From assembly GCA_036012755.1 (NCBI GenBank), contig DASCPX010000190.1, forward strand, positions 89,894-153,893: a DNA stretch of 64,000 nucleotides, written 5' to 3'. The DNA comes from Myxococcota bacterium. GTDB lineage: Bacteria > Myxococcota_A > UBA796 > CAJQPC01. Position numbers and translations under genes: made by a program. The notes under the pieces were generated by a model that was not told the origin of the DNA, did not search any database, and worked only from the letters and a program-made list of their open reading frames with translations. Positions 9,904-19,495 of this stretch are shown in pieces (position 1 is the stretch's first letter; the number at the start of each line of letters is the position of its first letter).

Positions 9904-10677
9904 ATGGTCCTGGCGCTCTTCTGCTCCCTCTTCTCCTCCCCCGCGCTCGCTGGAGACGTCACGCTCAAGGCAGAGGACGGGACCAGGATCCACGCGGTCT
10001 ACACAGAGGCCCGCGAGCCCGTCTCCGGCGTCGTGTTGGTCCACATGGTCAGCCGCAGCGCCAGCGACTACCGCTTCCTGGCGGACAAGCTGCAGGCCCA
10101 GGGGATCAGCGCGGTCGCCGTCGACCTCCGCAAGCATGGCGACAACGTGGACGAGGGCGAGGAAGTCGTCATCGAGGACATCGAGTGGAGCTACATGAAG
10201 CAGGATGTCGCCGCTGGGGTGGCCTACCTGCGTGCCCAGGGCGTGGACGACATCGCCATCGTCGGCGCCTCGATCGGGGCGAACCTCGCGCTCAATGTTG
10301 CGGCGGAGGACGAGGGCATCACGAACGTCGTGCTCCTGTCGCCGGGCATGGAGTACAAGGGGGTCGAGCTCGCCCAGGCCCTGGGGGAGTACGGCGAGCG
10401 CCCGCTGCTCTGCGTCGTGAGCCAGGACGACCGCTACTCCGCCAAGACAGGGCTCTTCGTCGAGGCCCAGGCTCGGGGCTACCACAAGCTCGAGATCTAC
10501 GAGACGGCGGGGCACGGCACCCGCATGCTGAACAAGGCGCCGGCGCTGGAGCCGCTGTTGGTGTCCTGGCTCCTCGGCAGCTACCGACTCTCGGACACGG
10601 CCAACGACCGCAGCGAGGGTCTCACCACCGGCGACACCACGAAGGTGGAGACCGAGGGCACCCGCATCAACGAGTGA
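9904..10677 (+). CDS. Secreted alpha/beta-fold hydrolase
   Basis: Signal peptide ending ALA; DLRKHG, nucleophile elbow GASIG, LLSPG, AGHGT. Confidence 0.85.
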   Translation: MVLALFCSLFSSPALAGDVTLKAEDGTRIHAVYTEAREPVSGVVLVHMVSRSASDYRFLADKLQAQGISAVAVDLRKHGDNVDEGEEVVIEDIEWSYMKQDVAAGVAYLRAQGVDDIAIVGASIGANLALNVAAEDEGITNVVLLSPGMEYKGVELAQALGEYGERPLLCVVSQDDRYSAKTGLFVEAQARGYHKLEIYETAGHGTRMLNKAPALEPLLVSWLLGSYRLSDTANDRSEGLTTGDTTKVETEGTRINE

Positions 10678-11470
10678 TCGCCCTGGGACGGGACCCGGCG
10701 CTCCTGGCGGGCCTGGTCCCAGCCTCTGCCTGGCCGATGGGTCAGCGACCCTACGTGGAGGCCAGCCTCGAGCTCGATCTCGAAGCCACCCTGGGGGGCC
10801 CGGTCGAGGCGCTCGTGGCCCGGACCGAGAGAGCCGCCGTGCCCCTGATGCGTTCCCGCAGCCAGTCCGCTGTCGCCGCTGTGAACCTCGAGCAGCTGTT
10901 GTTCCGACAGTGGAGACAGCTGGGCGGCGCTGGCCTCGGCCCGGTCGTGGACCTGGTCTTCCTCCCTGCGCTGCGAGCGGCTGGGATCCGGCTGGACGAG
11001 GTCATGTTGCTGACCACCCCCCTGTCCTATGAGTGCTCGCCCTTCTTCGCCCAGGGCATCGACCGGCGAGCTGCCTTCTCGGACCTGGTCGAGGGGCTCA
11101 AGGCCACGGCCCGCGAGCAGCACCTGGCCCTCGCAGCGCTGGACCCGGCGGACACCGCCTCTGCTGAGCTGGACGGCGTCCTGGAAGAGGCCGGCTTCCA
11201 ACCGGTGCTGCTCCTCGACGAGTACAGGCTCGAGCTCGGCGAGGGGGACTTCGAGAGCGGCTACCTCTCGCGCCTGCCAGGCCGGGCACGCAACATGGTC
11301 CGGCGCGAGCGCAAGGTCGACGCGTGCGTGGAGACCGTGCCGCTGAGCTCGCTGCCCACAGAGGACCGCGCCAGCATCGCCGAGCTCTACCGCGCCACCT
11401 GCGCGCGACACGGCAACGGCTGGGTCGACATGGGCGAGGACCAGCTCGAGAGGCTCTCGGCCCTGCCCGG
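10674..11470 (+). pseudogene. GNAT/FemAB-like acyltransferase, C-terminally truncated
   Basis: GTGA-coupled start. DFESGYLSRLPGRARNMVRRERK and IAELYRATCARHG are typical of Acetyltransf_6/FemAB-like proteins. Protein-like sequence ends near 11470, where the frame runs into out-of-frame radical SAM sequence. Confidence 0.6.
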
Positions 11471-12495
11471 CGCTCTGGGCCGAGCTGGGCCACAGGGACC
11501 ACTACCGCCACAAGCGAGCGGGGCTGAGCCAGGGACGCTTCTTCCGACTGACCGACGACAACGAGGAGACCTCGGTGAACGTCCCCGTGCTGGAGCCATT
11601 CGTCCGGAGCTCCTCGCTGGAGCTGCGACGGAGCCCGCGTGGCTACGAGATCTGCGAGGGCGACGAGGTCCTCGCGCCGGTCCAACCCTTCCCCTGGCCA
11701 CGCTGGTACGAACGCTCCACGTCCAGCGCTCAACCGATGTGCTCGGTGGGCTCGGCCCACTGCGATACCAGCCTCTACACGGCCATCTTCCAGAACGGCT
11801 GCAGCTGGTGGACCGAGTCCGACAAGTGCGCCTTCTGCGCCATGAAGATCGACGCGAGCTCGCAGTGGCGGCGGATCGAGCCCATCATCGAGGTGGTCGC
11901 CGTGGCCCTGGAGGAGAACCCCGGCGCTGAGCTGTCCTTCGGTGGCGGGACCACGCGGAGCTCCGACCGGAGCACGAAGCACAAGGCTGACGCCATTTCA
12001 TCGCTGAAGCGCGAAGTCGACCTCCCGGTCTGCGTGGAGATCGCCCCTCCGGACACGGACCAGTGGCTGGATCGCCTCGCGGACGCCGGATGCGACTCGG
12101 TCTTGATGAACCTCGAGCTGTGGAACCCCCAGCTCCGCAAGCAGCTGATGCCCGGCAAGTCCGAGATCACCCGCGAGCGCTACCTCGCGGCCTGTCGCCA
12201 TGCGGCCGGCGTCTTCGGTTCCAGCCAGGTCTCCAGCCAGATCATCGTCGGGTTGGAGCCCCACACCGACACGCTCGAGGGCATCGCCGCCCTCGCCGAC
12301 GCAGGGGCGATCCCGCTGCCGGTGGTCTTCCGCCCGCTGCCGGGCACCCCCCTCGAGGACCACCCCGAGCCTGAGGTGGAGCAGGTGATCGAGGTCTTCG
12401 AGTTCACCGAAGAGCTGCTGCGAGGGACCGCCCTGGACGGCGCAGAGACCCTCAGCGGCTGCGCCCTCTGCGGCGCCTGCTCGGCTCACCGATGA
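11470..12495 (+). CDS. Radical SAM protein (MSMEG_0568-like), probably 5'-truncated; first available start is GTG 11575
   Basis: Cluster motif CSWWTESDKCAFC (CX8CX2C), GGGT, MPGK, IIVGLE, FRPLPGTPLE and C-terminal GCALCGACS. Protein-like sequence (LWAELGHRDHYRHKRAGLSQGRFF) extends upstream of 11575 with no start codon. Confidence 0.75.
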   Translation, partial: ALWAELGHRDHYRHKRAGLSQGRFFRLTDDNEETSVNVPVLEPFVRSSSLELRRSPRGYEICEGDEVLAPVQPFPWPRWYERSTSSAQPMCSVGSAHCDTSLYTAIFQNGCSWWTESDKCAFCAMKIDASSQWRRIEPIIEVVAVALEENPGAELSFGGGTTRSSDRSTKHKADAISSLKREVDLPVCVEIAPPDTDQWLDRLADAGCDSVLMNLELWNPQLRKQLMPGKSEITRERYLAACRHAAGVFGSSQVSSQIIVGLEPHTDTLEGIAALADAGAIPLPVVFRPLPGTPLEDHPEPEVEQVIEVFEFTEELLRGTALDGAETLSGCALCGACSAHR

Positions 12496-13148
12496 GGGCC
12501 CTGCTGCTCTGTGCTGGACGCGGTCGACGCTTCGACGGGGCGCTCGGAGACCTCCCCAAGGTCCTGCTGGAGGTGGTGCCCGGCGTGACGCTCCTCTCCA
12601 GGCACCTCCGGACCTTCGAGCAGGTGGGGCTCGACGGCGTCACCGTGGTGGTGGGCTACGAAGCGGACCAGGTCCGAGCTGCCCTTGAAAGCTCGCTGCC
12701 CATCGAGGTCGTGGTCAATCCTCGCTTCTCGGAGGGCTCGATGATCTCGCTGGCCTCCGCGGAGGGGACGCTCTGCGCCGGCACCTCGATCGTGATGGAC
12801 GCGGACGTGCTCTACGACGAGGCCTTCATGGACGATGAGATGAAGATCGCGCTGGTGGACGGGAGGGTCCACCACCTGTCGAAGAGGCTGGAGGCGGCAG
12901 ACTACGAGGCTGTGGGTCGAGGACCTGGGTTCTAATAAATCTCGCCTACTTGGGGGCGACTCCTAGTGCAGACCATGAAGCTGATGGACGAGGCCGGACT
13001 CGGACACCTCGAGTACGAGGACGCGATGAACCGGACCTTCAGCGAGGTGGAGGTGCGACCGGTGTCGACCGAAGAAGATCCCTGGACCGAGATCGACAAC
13101 ACTGCGGATCTCGAGCGCGCGAGGGAGGCGATCTGGCCCCGCCTCTGA
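12492..13148 (+). pseudogene. NTP transferase / phosphocholine cytidylyltransferase-like, interrupted
   Basis: LCAGRGRRF, PKVLL, VVVGY, MDADVLY and WTEID...DLERAR. ORFs 12492-12935 and 12966-13148 share one frame, separated by TAA TAA at 12933-12938. An internal deletion between DVLYDEA and FMDDEMK is likely. Confidence 0.8.
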
Positions 13149-13948
13149 GCTTCGAGGCGACGCTGAAGCCGAGGGAGGTGGAGACCTGGCTGGACCTCTG
13201 GTTCTTCCGTCCCCTGGCCTACGGGGTGGTCCGCCTGGCCTGGCCGACACCGATCACGGCGAACCAGCTCACTGGCCTGAGCCTCATCACCGGCGCCGCG
13301 GCGGCCCTCTGCTTCCTCTCGACCGAGCGGCCCTGGGTGCTCGCTGGGATCGGCCTGATGATGTCCTACGCCGTGCTCGACTGCGCCGATGGGTAGCTGG
13401 CTCGGGCACGGGGCACCTCGTCGCGGCTCGGGCGCATCCTGGACGGCTCCAGCGACTACGTCGTGGGACTGCTCAGCACAGCCACCCTCGGCTGGCACCT
13501 GTGGGTCCTCGAAGGGACCTGGAGCCTGCTGGCGGTGCTGGTCGGCATGTTCGCCTTCGCCATCCAGGCGGTGGCCTACGACGGCTTCAAGAACCGCTAC
13601 CTGCGCCTGTCCGGGGCCTCGGTTCAGGAGGGCGAGGACCTCGAAGAGGCCAGGGCGGAGTTGGCCGATGCGACCAGCTTCGTCGAGGTCGCGGCCCTAC
13701 GCGCCTATGTGACCTTCTTGCGGGTCCAAGGGGTGCGGCCACAGCCGAGGGAGACCGGGGATCCCGCCCGGGTCGTCTCCCTCGCCCGGGCCTCTGCGTG
13801 GCTTGGGCCCTCGACACACATCTTCCTGCTCTGCGCCGCGGCGCTCGCGGGTGAGCTCTTCGCCTACTTCGTCCTGCGGGCGGTGCTGAGCTCCCTCGCG
13901 CTGGGCCTGATCACCATCGCCTGGAGGGCGCGAACCCGGGTGGGCTGA
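13145..13948 (+). pseudogene. CDP-alcohol phosphatidyltransferase, nonsense mutation
   Basis: Signature DCADG*LARARGTSSRLGRILDGSSD with an in-frame TAG at 13394-13396 (probably CAG to TAG); ITANQLT motif; transmembrane helices. The apparent start is CTG overlapping the upstream TGA. Confidence 0.85.
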
Positions 13949-13973
13949 CGGCAGACCTGCCGCCTCAGCTCGC

Positions 13974-14186
13974 TCAGCTGAAGCCCGAGGACTCGCACTG
14001 CTCCCGCTTGGCGGGGCTGCAGCCCTGGCTCGGCCTGGCGCTCAAGGTCGCGAAGGCCGAGAGCTCCTTGTCCGCCTCTGCCTTTCCGCACTTGGGACAG
14101 GCGATCTCCGAGTCGGCCGTGCCCATGCGGACCAGCTCCTCGAAGCGCTCGCCGCAGTGACGGCACCGGTATTCGTAGAGGGGCAC
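13974..14186 (-). CDS. FmdB-family zinc-ribbon protein
   Basis: MPLYEYRCRHCGERFEELV...CPKCG...LSAFA signature; GTG at 14186. Confidence 0.88.
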   Translation of the reverse strand: MPLYEYRCRHCGERFEELVRMGTADSEIACPKCGKAEADKELSAFATLSARPSQGCSPAKREQCESSGFS

Positions 14187-14252
14187 CTCGCCAGGATAAC
14201 GCGGCTCGACTGAGCTACGGCTGGGAGGAAGGCAGAAGTGTAAGCTCTCGAC

Positions 14253-14441
14253 GTGCTCCTCCTCCTGCTGTCCTGCAACTCCGAGTACGAAGGCGACGAC
14301 ACCAAGACCGCTGACTGGTGGATCTCCGAGATGGAGGCCGAATACGCCGGCGCCGCCGCCTCCCACAGCGAGGACAAGCTCGTGCCCAAGTACTACCTGA
14401 CACTGACCCACAGCCTCCAGCTGGACTTCGTCGAGCAATGA
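14253..14441 (+). CDS. Short lipoprotein-like ORF (62 aa), possibly an internally deleted remnant
   Basis: MLLLLLSC start, TAAGCT box 6 nt upstream, host-like codons, ATGA-coupled to the next gene. Confidence 0.5.
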   Translation: MLLLLLSCNSEYEGDDTKTADWWISEMEAEYAGAAASHSEDKLVPKYYLTLTHSLQLDFVEQ

Positions 14442-15004
14442 TCTGGCTCGCGCTGGGCTGTCTCCGCGCGGTCCAGCACATCCCAGAGAGCCACCCCGAG
14501 ACCTGGACCGGTCGCCTCGAGGTCGCGGTCCCTGCCGGCTGGGAGCTGGTCCGCAACGTCCGCGGTCCACTCGGACAGCACCTGGCGCTGCACGGCCCAG
14601 ATGGGAGCAGCATCACCATCGACCTCCTCCGCGAGGACGCCCGAAGCCGGGAGCTGCCCCTGTCGGTCGTGGTCGACACCTACGCTGTCGAGCTCGGGCG
14701 TGGCAGGGGCATCGAGAGCGACCACCACGCCCAACACCAGCTCGAGGTGGCCGAGCGCTCAGCCTGGGCGACCACCGTGGAGAGGCGGGTCGGTCCCCAC
14801 ACGCGCACGGCGAGCACGGTCGGGCTGCGCGGAGAGAAGGTGGTGGTCTTCCTGACGCTGCACGCGAACTCGGAGGACTCCTCGCTGGCCTGGGAGCAGG
14901 TCCTGACCTCCTTCGATCTCCCGCTGGATGCGCCGCCGGAGACCCCGCCCTTCGCAGAGGACCTGGCCGCCGAGCGGCGCCTGGACTCGGGGAAGCTCGA
15001 TTGA
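14438..15004 (+). CDS. Hypothetical lipoprotein (PsbP/Mog1-like fold possible)
   Basis: MIWLALGC start at an ATGA overlap; VAVPAGWELV and WEQVLTSF patterns. Confidence 0.6.
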   Translation: MIWLALGCLRAVQHIPESHPETWTGRLEVAVPAGWELVRNVRGPLGQHLALHGPDGSSITIDLLREDARSRELPLSVVVDTYAVELGRGRGIESDHHAQHQLEVAERSAWATTVERRVGPHTRTASTVGLRGEKVVVFLTLHANSEDSSLAWEQVLTSFDLPLDAPPETPPFAEDLAAERRLDSGKLD

Positions 15005-16023
15005 GCCTGCGCCGCGTCCGCGAACAGCCGGGAGGCGGAGTCGAGGCGCTCCGCGAAGGCGCTCGGGTCACGCTGTGGCCAGGCAAGGCGCCGGGGCGGC
15101 CTCCAGAACACCCCGGTCTCGCCTGGCCGATCGAGGAGGGCTGGCTCCACGAACAAGGGGTATGGCTCGAACACCGCCCCCAGGGCGCACGGCTCGGGGA
15201 GCTCAGAGACCAGCTGGCCCCAGCAGAGGTGGAGCTGGTGCTCCAGCACCTGGCGGGCGCGCTGGCGGCGCTGCACGAGGCCGGACAGCACCATGGCTCG
15301 GTGGACGTGGAGCACGTCGTGGTGTCCCATCGTGGACGCGCCGTGCTCATCGGCCTCGGCCAGCGAAAGGGCTCCAGAGTGGCCGACAAGCGCGCCCTGG
15401 GCCTGCTCCGGGTCGAGCTGAGCTCCCCCTCGGCCGCGCCGCCGCCCGTGCCTGGCGAGGCGACGGCTGCCTCCCTCGGAGCTCGCAGTCGCGCCGGCAC
15501 CGCGGAGCTCCCTGCGAACACCGAGACGATCCCCTTCCGGACCGCGGGCGCCTTCGACGAGGTCCGCCTGGACCTTGGCCCCGACCGCTATGGCCGCGGC
15601 CTGCTGGACCGCTGGGCGACCGGACACAGCCTCAGCGGAGCCCACACCGGCGCCATCGAGTGGACCCGCCCGGGTGATGAGCACGAGGAGCAGACGGAGA
15701 GCTCCGCAGCCCTGCTGACGCGGCTCGTTTCACCCCCCGAGCGCCCCCCGGATCCGCGACGCTTCGCTGCGGTCGAGGGTCAGCCCAGCGAGGAGATCAA
15801 GGCCCTGGTCGCCAACGAGCCCCTGGAGCCCCTGCCGCTGCCGAGCGCGACCCGGAGACGCCCGCTCCCCGCCCCCCTTCCAGAAGACAACACGGACGAA
15901 CCGACCCGTCCGACCGCCATCGCCGAAGAGGTCAGCGAGACCGCACTTCGGGTCGTCGCCGTCTTGCTCATCGCCGCCCTCGTCGCCGTGGCGATCGTGC
16001 TCGCTTGGATTCTGGGGACCTAG
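15001..16023 (+). CDS. Membrane-anchored protein with degenerate protein-kinase-like domain
   Basis: LAGALAALHEAGQHHGSVDVEHVVVSHRGRAVLIGLG mimics kinase subdomains VIa-VII without HRD/DFG; Pro-rich linker; C-terminal TM helix. Confidence 0.6.
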   Translation: MSLRRVREQPGGGVEALREGARVTLWPGKAPGRPPEHPGLAWPIEEGWLHEQGVWLEHRPQGARLGELRDQLAPAEVELVLQHLAGALAALHEAGQHHGSVDVEHVVVSHRGRAVLIGLGQRKGSRVADKRALGLLRVELSSPSAAPPPVPGEATAASLGARSRAGTAELPANTETIPFRTAGAFDEVRLDLGPDRYGRGLLDRWATGHSLSGAHTGAIEWTRPGDEHEEQTESSAALLTRLVSPPERPPDPRRFAAVEGQPSEEIKALVANEPLEPLPLPSATRRRPLPAPLPEDNTDEPTRPTAIAEEVSETALRVVAVLLIAALVAVAIVLAWILGT

Positions 16024-17125
16024 GCGGGTAGACCTCGCGGACCTCGGCCCGGAAGGCCTCGAAGCTGCCCTCGACGATGGAGCCGCGCATGCGCCCCATG
16101 AAGTCGCAGAACCAGTGGATGTTGTGGAGCGTGGCCAGGGTCGCGCCGAGGACCTCGCCGACCTTGAAGAGGTGGTGGAGGTAGGCGCGCGTGAAGTTCT
16201 GGCAGGTGTAGCAACCGCAGCTCGAGTCCGGCGGGTACATGTCGCGCTTGTAGCGGCTGTCGGTGACCCGCATCCGCCCGCGCGAGGTGTAGAACATGCC
16301 GCTGCGGGCGTGCCGCGTCTGGATGACGCAGTCGAACATGTCGATACCTCGGGCGACGCCCTCGACGAGGTCGAGCGGCCTGCCCACCCCCATGAGGTAG
16401 CGAGGATGCGCCTCGCTCATGTGGCAGGTCGTGTACTCGAGGACCTCGCACATCTTGTCGTGGCCCTCGCCCACGGACAGGCCGCCGATGGCGTAGCCGT
16501 CGAAGTCGATCTCGCGGATCTGCTCACAGGACTGCTTGCGGAGGTCGGGCCAGAACCCGCCCTGCACGATGCCGAAGAGCGACTGGTCCTGCCGGCTGTG
16601 AGCCTCCTTGCTCCGGCACTCCCAGCGCGTGGTCCGCTCCACGCTCCGCTCGGCGTATGTGCGATCCGTGCCGAAGGCGAGGCATTCGTCGAAGACCATC
16701 GCGATGTCGGCGCCCAGCTTCTGCTGGATGTCCATCGCGATCTCCGGGGACAGGAAGGTGCGCTTGCCGTCGACCGCGTAGCCGAAGGTCACGCCATCCT
16801 CTGTGACCGTCTTCTTGTCGAGGGAGAAGACCTGGAAGCCTCCCGAGTCCGTCAAGATCGGTAGTTCGACGCCCATCATCCCGTGAAGCCCGCCGTGCTT
16901 CGCGACGAGGTCCTCGCCCGGCCGCTGGTGCAGGTGGTAGGTGTTCGCGAGGATGATCTGCGCCGGAGTGCTGGCGAGGTGCTGCGGAGAGAGCGTGCGA
17001 ATCGCCCCCTGGGTGCCCACCGGCATGAAGACCGGGGTCTCGATCTCCCCGCGCGCCAGGCTCAAACGACCCGCTCGCGCCTGCCCGAGACAGGCCTCGA
17101 CTTCGAACTTCACGGGGCAGGTCAT
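15968..17125 (-). CDS. tgt: tRNA-guanine transglycosylase
   Basis: TPVFMPVGT, ILANTYHL, TDSGGFQVFSL, FGIVQGG, IGGLSVGE, PRYLMGVG, DMFDCV and zinc motif CGCYTC...HN. Confidence 0.96.
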   Translation of the reverse strand: MTCPVKFEVEACLGQARAGRLSLARGEIETPVFMPVGTQGAIRTLSPQHLASTPAQIILANTYHLHQRPGEDLVAKHGGLHGMMGVELPILTDSGGFQVFSLDKKTVTEDGVTFGYAVDGKRTFLSPEIAMDIQQKLGADIAMVFDECLAFGTDRTYAERSVERTTRWECRSKEAHSRQDQSLFGIVQGGFWPDLRKQSCEQIREIDFDGYAIGGLSVGEGHDKMCEVLEYTTCHMSEAHPRYLMGVGRPLDLVEGVARGIDMFDCVIQTRHARSGMFYTSRGRMRVTDSRYKRDMYPPDSSCGCYTCQNFTRAYLHHLFKVGEVLGATLATLHNIHWFCDFMGRMRGSIVEGSFEAFRAEVREVYPPRSPESKRARSPRRRGRR

Positions 17126-17193
17126 GGGCCCGACTAACCCGCCGGGGTAGTATTCCCGAGCCTAGGCACAGGCCCCGAGGACGACCGGAACAA

Positions 17194-18702
17194 ATGGGAT
17201 CGCCGACTCCCTCGCGACCGCCCCCTTTCCCACCAGGAATGGAGCTCGCGAAGCACTTCCGTGTAGAGGCGCTCGTGCGCCTCTCAGAAGGGCGGATGTT
17301 CTACCTGGTCAGCGACGACCGGAGCGATCAGCCGACGCGCAAGTGCTGGGAGTGCGGGATTGCCGAGACCCCACGCAGCTCCGCCGTCTGCACCGGCTGC
17401 GGCCACGCCTTCGACAGCCGCACGCAGTTCCTGATGTCGGTGCGCTGGGATCCGGCCGGCTTCGAGGCCTACGCGAGGTTCTTCGAGAAGCGCTTCAAGC
17501 ACCCCGGCATCCTCCACCCCGACGACGTCTTCGTGCACCAGAACGTGCTCTGCAGCGTCGTGCGATACCGGGGCGAGGCGCTCCTGCTCGACGAAGCCAG
17601 CCCGCTGAACCCGGAGAAGGTGCTCAACATGGGCCAGCGCTTTGCTGGCCTGCTCGCCTACCTCCACCACAACGGCGTCAGCCTGGCCCGACTCACCCAC
17701 GCCAACATGCTGATCCGGCGGGAGGAGGGGCGGCTCTTGCTCTTCGATCCCGACGTGGCCGCTGTCTACGAGGGGCCGGTACCGGACACGATGCGTGGAG
17801 CCGAGCTCCGCGACCTGGGAGAGATGCTCCGCCGGTTCACACCGGTGAACGTGAACCGCCTGCGGGACTTCTTCGCGATGGCCGAGGAGGGAGCCTTCGC
17901 CAACCCGCTCGAGCTCGGCCGCGGCATCGAGGAGCTCTTCGACGAGGTCGGCGAGTTCCAAACGATGCCCGGGATCGCGGCGATGACGGATGTCGGCCTC
18001 GCCCGCATCCTCAACGAGGACAACTGGGGCTGGGTGCAGCTCCGCGAAGGGGTCTACCTCTACGTTGTCGCCGATGGCATGGGCGGCCACGACTCCGGCG
18101 AGGTCGCCAGCGACGTCGCCACGCGTACGATCTGCCGCGTCGCACGGGAGCGCTTCGCGAAGATGGAGAGCCTGTCGCCGGAGAAGATGGAGAACATCCT
18201 CGACGAGGCCTTCCAGGAAGCCAACAACACCGTCAAGTCCACAGCCGAGGCTCGCGGAAACGACATGGGCACGACGCTGGTCGCCCTGCTGGTCGCCGGC
18301 AAGACGGCGCTCATGGCCAACGTCGGCGACAGCCGCGGCTACCTCTACCGCAGCGGCGAGCTCCACCAGATCAGCAAGGACCACAGCCTGGTGGCGAAGA
18401 TGGTCGAGGCAGGCAAGATCACCGCCGAAGAGGCACGCACGCACCCGCACAGCAACATCCTGCTGCGCACGGTCGGCACGGAGCGCAACGTCGAGATCGA
18501 CGTCTTCAAGATGGACCTCGACCAGGGCGACCGCATCCTCATGAACTCCGATGGCCTCTGGGGCGAGGTCGAGGACAGCGCCATCGAGGAGCTCCTCACC
18601 CAGTACGACGACCCTCGGATCTGCGCACGGGAGCTGGTCCGTGCCGCCCACCACGGCGGCGGAAAGGACAACGTGACCCTGATGATCGTGGGCATCGACT
18701 GA
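17194..18702 (+). CDS. Zinc ribbon + pseudokinase + PP2C (Stp1-like) Ser/Thr phosphatase fusion
   Basis: CWECG/CTGCG ribbon; kinase-like YLHHNGVSLARLTHANMLI...LFDPD; intact PP2C motifs NED, VADGMGGH, NVGDSRGY, SDGL, GGKDNVT. Confidence 0.88.
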   Translation: MGSPTPSRPPPFPPGMELAKHFRVEALVRLSEGRMFYLVSDDRSDQPTRKCWECGIAETPRSSAVCTGCGHAFDSRTQFLMSVRWDPAGFEAYARFFEKRFKHPGILHPDDVFVHQNVLCSVVRYRGEALLLDEASPLNPEKVLNMGQRFAGLLAYLHHNGVSLARLTHANMLIRREEGRLLLFDPDVAAVYEGPVPDTMRGAELRDLGEMLRRFTPVNVNRLRDFFAMAEEGAFANPLELGRGIEELFDEVGEFQTMPGIAAMTDVGLARILNEDNWGWVQLREGVYLYVVADGMGGHDSGEVASDVATRTICRVARERFAKMESLSPEKMENILDEAFQEANNTVKSTAEARGNDMGTTLVALLVAGKTALMANVGDSRGYLYRSGELHQISKDHSLVAKMVEAGKITAEEARTHPHSNILLRTVGTERNVEIDVFKMDLDQGDRILMNSDGLWGEVEDSAIEELLTQYDDPRICARELVRAAHHGGGKDNVTLMIVGID

Positions 18703-18721
18703 GCCCTGTCGGGGGGCCTGA

Positions 18722-19477
18722 TCAGTAGGCGCTGCCGGGGGCGTCCCGGTACACCCACAGGGCCGCGACCCCGCCGACGACCAGCGCGCTGGCTGCCCAC
18801 GGGCCCCAGCGGAGGCGCTCGTAGGGTGGCGGCGGAGGCTCCGACAGCTCGACCTCTACGAGGGTCTCGCTGCCCGGGTAGATCATCACCGCGGCGAAGA
18901 AGGGCAGCCTGCCCTCGCGCTCGATGCGCAGGACGTGCTTCCCGGCGGCGATCGGATCGGCGGTCCAGGGCCCGCTCACCAGCCCGTAGTCGGTCCCGTC
19001 CAGCTCCAGCACGTAGGGACTGGGAGAGACCTCCAAGACCAGGCTGCCGTGGCCGAAGAAGAGGTCCTCTGCGAGGTCCAGGGGTGCCCCCCCGGTCCGA
19101 GGCAGGTGCGTGGTGACGGTCCGAAGAGCGGGCGCTCCGACATCCACGATGAGCAGGTGGACCCGCGGCCCGACCCAGTCCGGTTCCAGCCGGGCCACGA
19201 CGACCTGGTCGACCCCGAGCCGCCTCCCGGTCTCGATCCAGCAGCTGGATCGCTGACCGCACTGCTCGACGAGATCAGCTGGAGGGTGGCCCAGGCGCCC
19301 CTCGGTCAGCTCGGGAGAGAGCACCTGGTAGCGCCCCGAGTCCTGAAGAAGCGCTCGCAGATCCGTCTCCGTGCGAGCGACGGATGAGAGCGCGACCTCC
19401 TCGTCCGCGGAGACCACGACCGCCGCTCGGACCAACAGCGGCGCAGCCCAGGCGGCGGTATTGAGTAGGGCGAACAT
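18722..19477 (-). CDS. PEGA-domain exported/membrane protein
   Basis: MFALLNTAAWAA signal; C...C...GRRLGVDQVV domain; PEGA-like LELDGTDYG...IAAGKHVLRIEREG; C-terminal TM helix. Confidence 0.7.
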   Translation of the reverse strand: MFALLNTAAWAAPLLVRAAVVVSADEEVALSSVARTETDLRALLQDSGRYQVLSPELTEGRLGHPPADLVEQCGQRSSCWIETGRRLGVDQVVVARLEPDWVGPRVHLLIVDVGAPALRTVTTHLPRTGGAPLDLAEDLFFGHGSLVLEVSPSPYVLELDGTDYGLVSGPWTADPIAAGKHVLRIEREGRLPFFAAVMIYPGSETLVEVELSEPPPPPYERLRWGPWAASALVVGGVAALWVYRDAPGSAY

Positions 19478-19495
19478 GGGGTTAGGGTCTATCCG

